Source: Parcubacteria group bacterium (GTDB taxonomy: Bacteria; Patescibacteriota; Patescibacteriia; UBA1558; GWA2-36-10). From it: a DNA stretch of 64,000 nucleotides. How positions within the stretch are numbered: the stretch's first letter is position 1; the number at the start of each line of letters is the position of its first letter. The notes beneath the pieces were generated by a model. It saw nothing but the letters and a program-made list of their open reading frames with translations, made no database searches and was not told the origin of the DNA. Positions 54,810 to 64,000 of this stretch are shown here, in pieces. The translations under genes were made by a program, and so were the position numbers. The stretch spans positions 1,037 to 65,036 of the forward strand of contig PQAE01000006.1 in the NCBI GenBank assembly GCA_003104935.1, in the 5' to 3' direction.

Positions 54810-55331
54810 TTAACTCTTTTTCTCTTTGATGGCGCTCAGGGCATAAACCAGTTTACGGGTATTGCCACTCAGTACTTGAACCAAACCACTGATCGGAGCA
54901 TTGATAGTGCCGACCAATTTAGCCAGTAATTGCTCGCGGCTGGGCAGTGTGGCTAAGCGTTTGACCATGTCGGCCAAGACAAACTTGTTTTCCAAAATAC
55001 CGCTACCGAGTTCCAGAGCTTCATTTTCCTTGGCATACTTATTGATTATCTTGGGCCCGGTTACCTCGTCTCCATAAGACAAAGTTACGCCGACAGAACC
55101 ACGTAAGTTGTCCAAAGCCTCGGCTTCACCTAGTTCTTTGGTAGCCAACTGTAAAATGGTTTTTTTGGCGACCAAATACTCTGCTCCACCCTGCTTTAAC
55201 TCACGACGCATTTTTTCTACGGTTTTGACGTTTAACCCCTTGTCGGAACTAAAAACCACGGCCTTACTTTTGGCTATTTTTTCCTTGATATCCTCTAAAA
55301 CCTTCTTTTTTTGGGCTTTACTTTTTGGCAT
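54810..55331 (-). CDS. rplJ: ribosomal protein L10
   Basis: 173 aa; immediately upstream of rplL; typical L10 N-terminal region. Confidence 0.85.
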   Translation of the reverse strand: MPKSKAQKKKVLEDIKEKIAKSKAVVFSSDKGLNVKTVEKMRRELKQGGAEYLVAKKTILQLATKELGEAEALDNLRGSVGVTLSYGDEVTGPKIINKYAKENEALELGSGILENKFVLADMVKRLATLPSREQLLAKLVGTINAPISGLVQVLSGNTRKLVYALSAIKEKKS

Positions 55332-55560
55332 ATATTTAATAAAAAACTGCGACTTTCACCGCAGACAGAGCCAAAATATGGCTATTTTCCTCGGTAGGAT
55401 TTATCCCTCGACTTCGCTCGGGACCTACTGTCTACGGCTATATTTAAATTATGGCTATATACTAGCGGAAATGTGGAATGCTGTCAAGTGTTTAGGCAAA
55501 TGAAAGAGCCGGAACCACAGATGATCTCGGCTCAAAGAGTGGACGCCGGGCGAACTCCCT
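55332..55560 (-). promoter_or_regulatory. putative rplJ leader (L10-leader-like structured 5'UTR)
   Basis: About 230-nt GC-enriched untranslated region upstream of rplJ with several hairpins (AGGGGAAACTCTCC.., CCCTCGACTTCGCTCGGGACC..); by analogy with L10(L12)4 autoregulation. Confidence 0.3.
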
Positions 55561-55680
55561 CTATATGAGAGGGGAAACTCTCCAACTCTCGGAGATGGAG
55601 GTAACTACCACGGCGTCCATAAGAGTACTGTTAATAAACGTAAATTACCACAAAAAATCTAATGTGCCAACAGTTATAGC

Positions 55681-55806
55681 GGCCGAAGCTGGCCTTATTT
55701 TGTCATTCCCGCGCAGGCGGGAATCTAAAAGTATTATCATATCACTTAGCCTGTAGATTCCCATTTTCATGGGAATGACAGACAAGGCATACGGCCAGCT
55801 TCGGCC
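55681..55806. mobile_element. MITE-like nested palindromic element
   Basis: Outer 14-bp perfect IR GGCCGAAGCTGGCC (55681-55694) / GGCCAGCTTCGGCC (55793-55806). Inner inverted pair of hairpin motifs GTCATTCCCGCGCAGGCGGGAATC (55702-55725) and GATTCCCATTTTCATGGGAATGAC (55757-55780). No coding capacity; intergenic between the rplJ leader and mltG. Confidence 0.45.
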
Positions 55807-55819
55807 GCATCAAAAAATA

Positions 55820-56818
55820 TCAAGGCAAATATTTTTTCTTGTTGGCTAAATGTTCCTCGTAGGTCTTGCTATAAATCACCGTGCCGTCTTTGGTGGTCAG
55901 AAAATAATAATAAGGATTATCGGTCGGGTAAATCACTGCTTTGATGCTGTCTAAACCCGGGTTGCCGATCGGCCCGGGTGGCAAGCCTTTAAATTTATAG
56001 GTATTGTAGGGTGAATCCACCTGCACATCATCGCCTGTGGGCTGGACCAAGCCTTTGCCGGTAATAAAATTAATTGTAGCGTCGGATTGCAGGCCGATCC
56101 CATTTTGCAGACGCTTAATAAAGACATCGGCAATCATTTTTTTATCGGCTTTGGCCGGCACCTCTCTTTCTACGATTGACGCCAAAGTAATAACCTCAAA
56201 AATTGTTTTATTTTGTTTCCTTATTTCCGCTCTTAACTCCGGGTCCAATTGGCGGCCGAAATCATCCAGCATCTTATCGATCAAATCTTTTTCTGTGGTT
56301 TGCTCGTCGATAAAATGAGTATTGGGAAAAAGATAGCCCTCTAAACTGGCCGTCGCCGGCGCCTCAGCTAAAAAATCATATTGCTCCTGCCAGTCCTGTT
56401 TATGGGCAGTCCATTTTAAAAATTGGTCATAATCAAAACCATTTTTCTGCAACAGATCTTTTAATTCCGCTCGTCCCCTGTCCCAGCCCTCAATGAAAGT
56501 AAAAGAGGTTTGCCGGTGGCCAGGGCCCAGCAATAAAATATTTACCAGCCGACGGACGGATACATGGGCCGGGATAACATAACTGCCGGACTTGATGTGC
56601 GTACCGGCCTGTTTGAACCAAACCCAGCTCTCAAAAATAAATTTATTTTGGATGATACCCTGGCTATAAAAATCGCGACTAATCTCGTGCACCCCCTGAC
56701 CGCTGGCGACGACGACGGTTTGTTGCTCATTCAGTTTGTTGCCCCGGATTACTCCTCCGCTCAGCCAGATTGCCCCGGCCAGCAACGCGATAAATAATAA
56801 AACGATTATTTTTTTCAT
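55820..56818 (-). CDS. mltG: endolytic murein transglycosylase MltG (YceG family)
   Basis: 332 aa; N-terminal TM; YceG-like domain (GLPPGPIGNPGLDSIKAVIYP). Confidence 0.8.
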   Translation of the reverse strand: MKKIIVLLFIALLAGAIWLSGGVIRGNKLNEQQTVVVASGQGVHEISRDFYSQGIIQNKFIFESWVWFKQAGTHIKSGSYVIPAHVSVRRLVNILLLGPGHRQTSFTFIEGWDRGRAELKDLLQKNGFDYDQFLKWTAHKQDWQEQYDFLAEAPATASLEGYLFPNTHFIDEQTTEKDLIDKMLDDFGRQLDPELRAEIRKQNKTIFEVITLASIVEREVPAKADKKMIADVFIKRLQNGIGLQSDATINFITGKGLVQPTGDDVQVDSPYNTYKFKGLPPGPIGNPGLDSIKAVIYPTDNPYYYFLTTKDGTVIYSKTYEEHLANKKKYLP

Positions 56819-56822
56819 AAAT

Positions 56823-57578
56823 TTAAGGAAGTAATAAGACCGTTATTCCCAGAATCAAGGTATAAAAAGAAAACCAATAAAAATAATCCCGATTCATAAT
56901 TGACCGCAACCAGGATAAAGCCAGGAAACTAACCAGGGCCGTAAGCGCAAAACCAAAAATCATGTAGGGATGAAAAACCAAAGTGTTCTCAGACAAGATA
57001 AAAGCTCCGATGATAGCCGGTATGGCTAAGATAAATGAATATTCAAACGCCTCTTTTTTATTTAATCCTAAAATCAAGGCTAGGGCAATGACGCTACCGC
57101 TACGCGATAGTCCGGGCAACACGGCCAGACCCTGCATCAGTCCCAACACTACCGCCAAAGTCAAATTCATCTTTTTAGCTCCCTGACAAAACTTGGTAGC
57201 CAGGACCAAAATACCGGTAACAATAAAGAAAACAGCAACACTGTGCGGTTGCCGGAAAGCGTCCATGCGGTCATAAAAAAAATAGCCGATCAGCGCCGTG
57301 ATAGCGGTGCTAAGTATGATATACCAGCCCCAGCGATGATGCTCACTATTTTGGTCCGGGCGTCCAAAAAAATCTCTGGCCACCGACCGGATTTCTTTGC
57401 GGAAAAAAATCAGTAGAACCAGCAGACTGGCCAGGTGCAAAAAAATGTCAAAACCCAAACTGGCTTCTTTGATGGCTAGCCATTTTTCCCACAAAATTAA
57501 ATGTCCGGAACTGGAGATGGGTAGCCACTCAGCCAAACCCTGGGTAATGCTCAAAATAATAGTGTCAAAAATATTCAT
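56823..57578 (-). CDS. uppP: undecaprenyl-diphosphatase
   Basis: 251 aa; BacA motifs (SSSGHLIL; SRSGSVIALALILG), 8 TM. Confidence 0.85.
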   Translation of the reverse strand: MNIFDTIILSITQGLAEWLPISSSGHLILWEKWLAIKEASLGFDIFLHLASLLVLLIFFRKEIRSVARDFFGRPDQNSEHHRWGWYIILSTAITALIGYFFYDRMDAFRQPHSVAVFFIVTGILVLATKFCQGAKKMNLTLAVVLGLMQGLAVLPGLSRSGSVIALALILGLNKKEAFEYSFILAIPAIIGAFILSENTLVFHPYMIFGFALTALVSFLALSWLRSIMNRDYFYWFSFYTLILGITVLLLP

Positions 57579-57623
57579 TGTCCAATTATTCTATTATTTG
57601 ATATAATACCTATAAATAAATAT

Positions 57624-58055
57624 ATGGAATATAAACTCATTCTCATACCGCTGGCCGTGCTCGTCATCAATCAGGCTATCAAGATGATCATTGAACTGGC
57701 TAAAGGAAGTCTGACCTGGCCTTCACTACTGAGCTATGGAGGTATGCCGTCCTCGCACTCGGCTTTAGTAACCTCCTTGGCGACTGTCATGGCTTATTAC
57801 CAAGGACTAAATTCCGCCGAATTTGCCATGTCCATTATCTTGGCGCTGATAGTCATGCGCGATGCCTCCGGCATCCGCTGGCAACTGGGCAACCAGGGGC
57901 GCACTATTAATCAACTGATCAAAGAGCTGCCGGACGACCGGGAATACCATTTTCCAGTGCTGAGCGAAAAGTTTGGACACAAAAATACCGAAGTACTGGT
58001 AGGCATCTTACTGGGCCTGGTCCTGACGATAATCATCATTAATATCCTGCCCTAA
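57624..58055 (+). CDS. divergent PAP2-family membrane protein (DUF212)
   Basis: 143 aa; GGMPSSHSALVTSLAT and RDASGIRWQLG motifs typical of the divergent PAP2 family. Confidence 0.65.
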   Translation: MEYKLILIPLAVLVINQAIKMIIELAKGSLTWPSLLSYGGMPSSHSALVTSLATVMAYYQGLNSAEFAMSIILALIVMRDASGIRWQLGNQGRTINQLIKELPDDREYHFPVLSEKFGHKNTEVLVGILLGLVLTIIIINILP

Positions 58056-58068
58056 AAAATGAATAAAA

Positions 58069-59646
58069 TCAAATTAAGGGCCTGCCGGTCATCTCCGGCG
58101 GTTTTTTTAAACCCATAATTTTTAAAATGGTTGGCGCGATATCGGCTAACACTCCCACCGGCGTGACATGACTCAAATCAGTTCCCATTGTCCCCACCAG
58201 AACACTTTTGCCGGCATAATCCTGCCCGATGACAAAGAGGGGCACGGAGCTGTTTGAATGTTCCTTATCTATTTCGCCGGTCTGAATATTGTACATATTT
58301 TCGGCGTTGCCGTGGTCAGAGGTAACCAAAACTAAACCGTCATAAGACAGAGCTGTATCGACGATGTCACCTACAAGGGAATCTAACAATTCCACCGCTT
58401 CCACCGTCGCTTCGATATTGCCGGTATGTCCGACCATATCCGCATTGGCATAATTGATCACGATAAAATCATAAGTACCCTCCTTGATAGCCTCGGTGAC
58501 GCGAGCCGTGATTTCCCGGGCGGACATGGCCGGTTTTTGGTCATAAGAGATGACCTGGGGCGAAGGAATAAGTGCCCGGTCCTCTCCCGGATATATCTTT
58601 TCCTGACCGCCGTTGAAAAAATAAGTGACGTGAGCGTATTTTTCCGTCTCGGCGATATGAAACTGCTTTAAGCCAGCTTCCGATATTACCCGAGCTAAAG
58701 GAAACTCCACATGCAAAGGCGGAAAGGCCACTTCCACTGGCAGGTCTTTTTCATATTCAGCCATAGTGACCAGCAATAAATCCTTAAAATAGGCGCGCGG
58801 GAATTTTTCAAAACCTGGTAAAACCAGGGCCTTACTCATCTGTCGCGCCCGGTCGGCACGAAAATTGAAAAATATAACCGCATCTTGGTCGCAGATAGTG
58901 GCTCGCGGCTCACCGGCGGCATTGGTAATCACTACCGGTTCAAATTCTTCATCGTAAACTTTTTTGGCGTAGGAATCCTGAATCGCTTGGAGCGGATCAG
59001 TAAACTTGTGCGACGCCTGCCCGTCCACTATGGCCCGAAAAGATTTTTCGGTCCGATCCCAACGGTTGTCCCGGTCCATGCCCCAAAAGCGTCCAGCCAC
59101 AGTCGCGATCTTGCCCACGCCCAAGGCCCTGATTTTTTCCTCCAGCTTATCCACAAAATTTAGTCCGCTATTAAAGGGCGTATCGCGTCCGTCCAAAAAG
59201 ACATGGATAAAAACATTTTTAATTTTTTGCTGCTGGGCCAACTCCAGCAAAGCATAAAGATGCTCATTATAACTATGCACTCCGCCGGAAGAAACCAGAC
59301 CCATCAAATGCAAAGTGCTTTTATTTTTTTTAACATGATCACAGGCCTTCAAAAATGCGGGATTAGTAAAAAAATATCCGTCCGTAATCGCTTTGGTGAT
59401 ACGCGTCATATTTTGATAAGCCACTAAACCGGAGCCGATCGACAGGTGTCCTACCTGGGAATTACCCATTTCCCCCCAGGTCAATCCCACCGCTTCTCCC
59501 GAAGCCGCCAGAGGCATGATCGGATAGTTGGAAGCATACTTATCAAAATTAGGAGTTTTAGCCAAAGAAATAGCATTGGCCCGCGAAGGAGGAGCAATAC
59601 CAAATCCGTCTAAAATTATCAGCACTACCGGCTTAGGTCTAGTCAT
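58069..59646 (-). CDS. gpmI: 2,3-bisphosphoglycerate-independent phosphoglycerate mutase (iPGM), copy 1
   Basis: 525 aa; LIILDGFGIAPPS, SGGVHSY (catalytic Ser region), HVFLDGRDT, TSDHGNAE. Confidence 0.85.
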   Translation of the reverse strand: MTRPKPVVLIILDGFGIAPPSRANAISLAKTPNFDKYASNYPIMPLAASGEAVGLTWGEMGNSQVGHLSIGSGLVAYQNMTRITKAITDGYFFTNPAFLKACDHVKKNKSTLHLMGLVSSGGVHSYNEHLYALLELAQQQKIKNVFIHVFLDGRDTPFNSGLNFVDKLEEKIRALGVGKIATVAGRFWGMDRDNRWDRTEKSFRAIVDGQASHKFTDPLQAIQDSYAKKVYDEEFEPVVITNAAGEPRATICDQDAVIFFNFRADRARQMSKALVLPGFEKFPRAYFKDLLLVTMAEYEKDLPVEVAFPPLHVEFPLARVISEAGLKQFHIAETEKYAHVTYFFNGGQEKIYPGEDRALIPSPQVISYDQKPAMSAREITARVTEAIKEGTYDFIVINYANADMVGHTGNIEATVEAVELLDSLVGDIVDTALSYDGLVLVTSDHGNAENMYNIQTGEIDKEHSNSSVPLFVIGQDYAGKSVLVGTMGTDLSHVTPVGVLADIAPTILKIMGLKKPPEMTGRPLI

Positions 59647-59648
59647 GA

Positions 59649-61229
59649 TTATTTTTTTATTAAACTCTGGCCGGTCATTAGCTTGGGTTTGGAGATCTTC
59701 AGTATGTCCAGGATAGTCGGTGCGATACTGGCTAGACGGCCTTTATTTTTTAATTTGTATTTTTTTTGATTGGTGATAAGTATAAAGGGGACGGGATTGA
59801 GAGAGTGTTCGGTATCGACCTCACTGGTTTTAACATCGATCATTTCCTCGACATTGCCGTGGTCGGCGGTAATGATCAATGTTCCTTTTTTAGACAAAAT
59901 AGTCTTTGCCAGCTCACCCAAGGATCGGTCCAATATTTCAATGGCTTTGACCGCCGCCAACATGTTGCCGGAGTGTCCGACCATATCAGGACTGGCATAA
60001 TTTATCGTCACAAAATCATATTTTTCTTTAGTGATCGCCTGTATCACATAGCGGGTGATTTCCCGCGTACTCATGGCCGGCGCCTGATCATAGGAATCCA
60101 CATTTTTGGAGGGAATATTGACGCGAGTCTCACCGGCAATAGAATGATCGTAGCCGCCGTTGAAAAAATAAGTGACGTGAGCATATTTTTCCGTTTCGGC
60201 GATGTAAAGTTGACGCAAACTATGCAGAGCCATGGGCAAAGTATCGGCGATATCAATACTGGGGTAAGCGGTGATGATATGATCCAGATCCGGGCCAAAA
60301 TCGGTCAGGGTGACAAACAAAAGATTTTTGGGCAGATGCACGCGCCGGAAGGATCCGGGGTTTCTGGTTTCAAAATCTTTTTGGGCAAAAACCTTAGCCA
60401 GTTGCCGAGCGCGGTCCGAACGTAAATTAAAAAATACCAAAGCATCATTTTCGGAGATACTGCCAATCGGCTGACCGTTTTTGACCACGACCGACGGCTT
60501 GATAAATTCATCGCTCTCACCGCGGTTATAAGCCTGGCTAACGGCATCTATGCCGCTTTTAACATAATAGCCCCTGCCCAAAACCAAGGCGTTGTAGGCC
60601 AGTTTGGTGCGATCCCAGGCCTTTTTGCGGTCCATAGCATAAAAGCGACCCATGACAGTGGATATCCGGACGCGGCCGTTGTTAAAAATAGTTTTATACT
60701 GGCTGAGCAGTTTCAGGGCGGCAAAACGCGGACTGTCCCGGCCGTCGGTAAAAAGATGTAAATAAATTTTTTGCTTGGTCTTGCTCAAGAAAAAACTAAG
60801 CAGGGATAAAAGATGATCGTTATCGGCATGAGGACTGGAACCATCCGAAAGCAATCCCATCAGATGGACGTCCGATTGGCAATCCTCCACCTGCTTCGCG
60901 GCCTGTAAAAAAGCGGGATTTTTATAAAATGTCCCATTGCTGATGCTCTTGGAAATAATCACCGCATCCTGCTCAACCACCCGGCCGGCACCGATGTTCA
61001 TGTGCCCGGCCTCGGAATTTCCCGGTTGTCCCAGCGGCAAGCCGACGTCCCGGGAAGAAGCACTTAATTTGGCATGAACATATTTTTTATTCAGACAATC
61101 CATGACCGGTGTCTTGGCCTGACCTTCAGGGTTGCCTTTTTTTTCGACGCTGACTCCGTAGCCATCCAGGATAGCTAAAACCAGCGGACAATAGGGACGG
61201 GAGGATGGCTTTGTTTTACGGCTGGGCAT
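59649..61229 (-). CDS. iPGM-family paralog, copy 2
   Basis: 526 aa; LAILDGYGVS, SDGSSPHAD, HLFTDGRDSP, ITADHGNVEE; tandem with copy 1 (2-nt gap). Confidence 0.8.
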   Translation of the reverse strand: MPSRKTKPSSRPYCPLVLAILDGYGVSVEKKGNPEGQAKTPVMDCLNKKYVHAKLSASSRDVGLPLGQPGNSEAGHMNIGAGRVVEQDAVIISKSISNGTFYKNPAFLQAAKQVEDCQSDVHLMGLLSDGSSPHADNDHLLSLLSFFLSKTKQKIYLHLFTDGRDSPRFAALKLLSQYKTIFNNGRVRISTVMGRFYAMDRKKAWDRTKLAYNALVLGRGYYVKSGIDAVSQAYNRGESDEFIKPSVVVKNGQPIGSISENDALVFFNLRSDRARQLAKVFAQKDFETRNPGSFRRVHLPKNLLFVTLTDFGPDLDHIITAYPSIDIADTLPMALHSLRQLYIAETEKYAHVTYFFNGGYDHSIAGETRVNIPSKNVDSYDQAPAMSTREITRYVIQAITKEKYDFVTINYASPDMVGHSGNMLAAVKAIEILDRSLGELAKTILSKKGTLIITADHGNVEEMIDVKTSEVDTEHSLNPVPFILITNQKKYKLKNKGRLASIAPTILDILKISKPKLMTGQSLIKK

Positions 61230-61236
61230 ATTGCTC

Positions 61237-62508
61237 TTACTTTAATTGTTCTTCGATGTTTAACAAGCGATTGTATTTGGCGATCCGCTCACCGCGGGAA
61301 GTAGCTCCGGCTTTGATATATTCGGCATTGACGGCTATTGCCAGATCGGCAATCGTGGTATCAGTAGTCTCCCCGCTACGGTGGGAAACTGCGATCTCAT
61401 AATTGTTCGCCTGGGCTAATTTGATTGTCTCTAGGGTTTCGGTCAGAGTACCGATCTGATTCGGCTTGATCAAAACAGTATTGGCCACAGACAAAGATAT
61501 ACCCTTAGCCAGACGATCTTTATTGGTCACAAACAAATCATCGCCGATCAGGCGGATATGATTGGCCCGCACAAAATGATCACTGCTTATCCTCTGCCAA
61601 CCCCCCCAATCTTCTTCGGCCAGAGGATCTTCCAAAAAGCGCACTGGATAAACCTCCATCAGATCGACATAATACTCAATCATCTCGTCGGTAGACAAAC
61701 GGCGCTTATCCAAATTTAATTTATAAATCCGCTCCGCCTCGTTGTAAAAAACAGAAGAGCCCGCATCCAGCCCAAAAAGAATATCTTCACCCAAACGCAA
61801 ACCGCTACTCTCCACGGCCTGCTGGAGCAGATCCAGCACTTGGCGGTGCGACTCAAAATTTGGCGCGTAGCCGCCTTCATTGCCCAGATCCGTATCCAGA
61901 CCCAGTCCGGACAGCAAAGAGCCCAGACTCTGAAAAACCTCGCTGGCTTGGCGCAATCTCTCGCCAAAAGTGGGAGCGCGATGCGGCACGATCCAAAATT
62001 CCTGAATGTCCAGATTAGTGCTGGCATGTTTGCCGCCGTTAACCACGTTGACCAGCGGCACGGGTAGCTTATATTTCTTTTCGGACGGATCATAGAGGTG
62101 GCGCAAATATTCATACAAGGGTAATTTAGCAGTCAGAGCTCCGGCCTTGGCTACGGCCAAAGATACGGCTAAGATGGCGTTGGCACCTAGCCGGTTTTTA
62201 TTTGGCGTGGCGTCCAGCTCGATCATCAGGTCGTCAATTTTAGACTGCTCGGTGGCTTGTAAACCCTTTAATTCCCTATTTAATAACCCGTTGATGTTTT
62301 CTACGGCCTGGAGCACCCCTTGGCCGTGGTAACGGGCCTGATCGCCGTCGCGCAGTTCGCAGGCTTCAAATTGGCCGGTAGAAGCCCCGGATGGTACTGC
62401 CGCGGTAGCAGTCAGACCGTTACCCAGCTCTACAGTGGCCTGCACTGTCGGTTTTCCCTGCGAATCCAGTATTTCCAAGGCGCTGATTTTTTTTATTTTG
62501 TCAGGCAT
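61237..62508 (-). CDS. eno: enolase
   Basis: 423 aa; SHRSGETTDTTIADLAIA and LLKPNQIGTLTET-like motifs (IKPNQIGTLTETLETIKLA). Confidence 0.9.
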   Translation of the reverse strand: MPDKIKKISALEILDSQGKPTVQATVELGNGLTATAAVPSGASTGQFEACELRDGDQARYHGQGVLQAVENINGLLNRELKGLQATEQSKIDDLMIELDATPNKNRLGANAILAVSLAVAKAGALTAKLPLYEYLRHLYDPSEKKYKLPVPLVNVVNGGKHASTNLDIQEFWIVPHRAPTFGERLRQASEVFQSLGSLLSGLGLDTDLGNEGGYAPNFESHRQVLDLLQQAVESSGLRLGEDILFGLDAGSSVFYNEAERIYKLNLDKRRLSTDEMIEYYVDLMEVYPVRFLEDPLAEEDWGGWQRISSDHFVRANHIRLIGDDLFVTNKDRLAKGISLSVANTVLIKPNQIGTLTETLETIKLAQANNYEIAVSHRSGETTDTTIADLAIAVNAEYIKAGATSRGERIAKYNRLLNIEEQLK

Positions 62509-62568
62509 TTTTTCTTTGTCATTCTAAATTTATTTCAGAATCTGGCTTTTTTTAAAAGCGCTACTTTT

Positions 62569-63726
62569 CTACTTTTTTAAAACCTCTAAAGACGGCAAAG
62601 GAGCTCCTTCTAAAAAAGTGAGCATGGCGCCGCCGCCGGTAGAAACAAAGCTAAATTTATTTTGCAGTTTTAATTTATTGACCATGGCTACAGTCTCGCC
62701 GCCGCCGATAATCACTTCGGCTTTGAATCTGGATAAGGCCAATAACATAGTACGCGAGGCGACCATAAACTTTTCATTTTCAAAATAACCCAAGGGGCCG
62801 TTCCAGACAATCACTTTCTGTTTTTTTAAAATCGCCAGATAATTTTTGACTGTCTGCGGACCCAGATCAGCGATAAAATATTTTTCCGGCACCTGATTGG
62901 CCTTGACCGCCCGTCCGCTCCGAGCTCCTAAACTCTGGGCCACCACCACATCAACGGGCAAGTGCACCCGGGGGCCGGTCAGTTTGCGGGCGGCCGCTAA
63001 ACCGTCGTCGTCTACCAGCGACCGACCGATATCGTGGCCGCGCGCCTTGAGCATAGTGTTGGCCAGAGCGCCGCCTAAAAATACCTGGCCGCGCGATACA
63101 AATTTATTGATTAATTTAATTTTAGTGGAGATCTTGGCCCCGCCAAAAATGACGGACAGCTGGCGGCGCGTATTTAATACTTTGGTCAAATATTTGATCT
63201 CATCCTGCAACAGCAGGCCGGCGTAAGACGGTAAATACTTGGTAATCATATACATGGAAGTATCCTGACGGTGAATATTGCTGAAAGCGTCGTTGACATA
63301 AATATCGGCCAGCTGGGCCAATCTCTTGGCCAGCACCGCACAGTCCAGCTGTTCGCGGGGCTGAAAACGGATATTTTCCAATAGTGCCAATTGACCCGCC
63401 GACAGAGAACGACTCTGATCGGCCAGTTTGATCCAATCATGCTTCCAAAGCGGTACCGGTTGTTTTAATCTCCGGCCTAAATACCTTGCCACCGGTCGCA
63501 GACTCAAAGCCGGCACCACCCGACCCTGAGGACGACCCAAATGAGCGACCACGATGACTTTGGCACGGTGGCGCAATAAATATTTTATGGTCGGCAAAGA
63601 GCGCTCTATCCGCCAGGCATCGGCGGCTAAAACCCGTCCCTGCTCCAAAGGCACATTTAGGTCCAGCCGCAATAAAACTCTTTGGCCGGCGATCTTTTTG
63701 ACGTCTTGTACTTGGCGCAAAGTCAT
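62569..63726 (-). CDS. pgk: phosphoglycerate kinase
   Basis: 385 aa; RLDLNVP N-terminal motif, GGGETVAMV and STGGGAML C-terminal motifs. Confidence 0.9.
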   Translation of the reverse strand: MTLRQVQDVKKIAGQRVLLRLDLNVPLEQGRVLAADAWRIERSLPTIKYLLRHRAKVIVVAHLGRPQGRVVPALSLRPVARYLGRRLKQPVPLWKHDWIKLADQSRSLSAGQLALLENIRFQPREQLDCAVLAKRLAQLADIYVNDAFSNIHRQDTSMYMITKYLPSYAGLLLQDEIKYLTKVLNTRRQLSVIFGGAKISTKIKLINKFVSRGQVFLGGALANTMLKARGHDIGRSLVDDDGLAAARKLTGPRVHLPVDVVVAQSLGARSGRAVKANQVPEKYFIADLGPQTVKNYLAILKKQKVIVWNGPLGYFENEKFMVASRTMLLALSRFKAEVIIGGGETVAMVNKLKLQNKFSFVSTGGGAMLTFLEGAPLPSLEVLKK

Positions 63727-63730
63727 AAAA

Positions 63731-64000
63731 TCATTCGGTCACGGGAGCGGGCGGTGTCATAGGCCCGGTGTCCAATATTATATTTGACGGTAATTGGTCA
63801 GCACGGTCCGCCTGATTTTGTTCGGGAATAAAGATGGACTGTACTGCCGGCAATTTGCTCAAATCGCAAAGACTGGCCGTCGGGATTTGAGCCAGGATAT
63901 TGCCGCTTATCTCAAAAATCTGGGAGCCGATATCCAGCGAAACTCCGAGTTGCGCCAGACGGTCAACTGTGTCGGTAGCCAGAGGCATGCGGTCAAAAGA
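63731..64000 (-). CDS. C-terminal fragment of an unidentified protein (LRR-like periodicity), continues beyond window
   Basis: ORF ends 5 nt upstream of pgk; LAQLGVSLDIGSQIFEISGNILAQIPTASLCDLSKLPAVQSIF leucine-repeat-like pattern; no confident identity. Confidence 0.25.
   Translation of the reverse strand, partial: SFDRMPLATDTVDRLAQLGVSLDIGSQIFEISGNILAQIPTASLCDLSKLPAVQSIFIPEQNQADRADQLPSNIILDTGPMTPPAPVTE

Noticed and set aside
59766-60425. 219-aa + strand ORF antisense to the second iPGM gene
   Set aside because: No motif. Fully contained within a well-supported iPGM-family ORF on the opposite strand.
1-64000. CRISPR arrays, rRNA genes, transposase/integrase/reverse-transcriptase genes, DGR template/variable repeats
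   Set aside because: No regularly spaced direct repeats, no rRNA-like conserved stretches and no recognisable transposase/integrase/RT ORFs were seen. The pilin paralogs differ by ordinary substitutions, not A-biased DGR-type mutations.

Overview
This 64-kb window is AT-rich (roughly 40-45% GC by eye) and densely packed with short genes, mostly on the minus strand. The organisation looks like a reduced-genome bacterium and is compatible with a CPR/Patescibacteria-like organism, but that is inference only. The core content is housekeeping genes:

- **Glycolysis:** class II fructose-bisphosphate aldolase (fba), triosephosphate isomerase (tpiA), two tandem 2,3-bisphosphoglycerate-independent phosphoglycerate mutase (iPGM) paralogs, enolase (eno) and phosphoglycerate kinase (pgk).
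- **Cell division and wall (dcw cluster):** mraZ, rsmH, ftsL, ftsI (PBP2) and murF, plus mltG, uppP and a D-Ala-D-Ala carboxypeptidase.
- **Translation:** a short aspS lacking the GAD insertion, asnS, argS, rplU, and the rplJ-rplL operon.
- **Replication and chromosome:** dnaB, ybaB, recR, scpA and scpB.
- **Energy and transport:** an [FeFe]-hydrogenase (hydA) with a NuoF-like partner, a P-type ATPase, and DedA.
- **tRNAs (all minus strand):** Thr(CGU), Asn(GUU), Lys(UUU) and Glu(CUC).

Several accessory features stand out.

1. Several discrete GC-rich cassettes (about 50-57% GC) sit in the AT-rich background. Each has a near-consensus TTGACA-N14-TGn-TAnnnT promoter, a small ORF (or a roughly 235-nt structured ncRNA at 5917..6151) and a strong hairpin terminator.
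2. One locus encodes two paralogous TrbC/VirB2-like pilin proteins, an ECF sigma factor, an anti-sigma-like membrane protein with TATS repeats, and an adjacent 1281-aa surface protein.
3. A second giant (1548-aa) FN3-repeat extracellular protein is present.
4. A roughly 100-nt inverted-repeat leader that sequesters the RBS and start codon occurs in two copies, upstream of aspS and of a small membrane-protein gene.
5. A nested-palindrome MITE-like element lies at 55681..55806, with a solo copy of its inner motif near 8918.
6. Degenerate tandem tRNA 3'-end fragments flank tRNA-Thr (next to a GIY-YIG gene) and tRNA-Lys.

No CRISPR array or rRNA was found.
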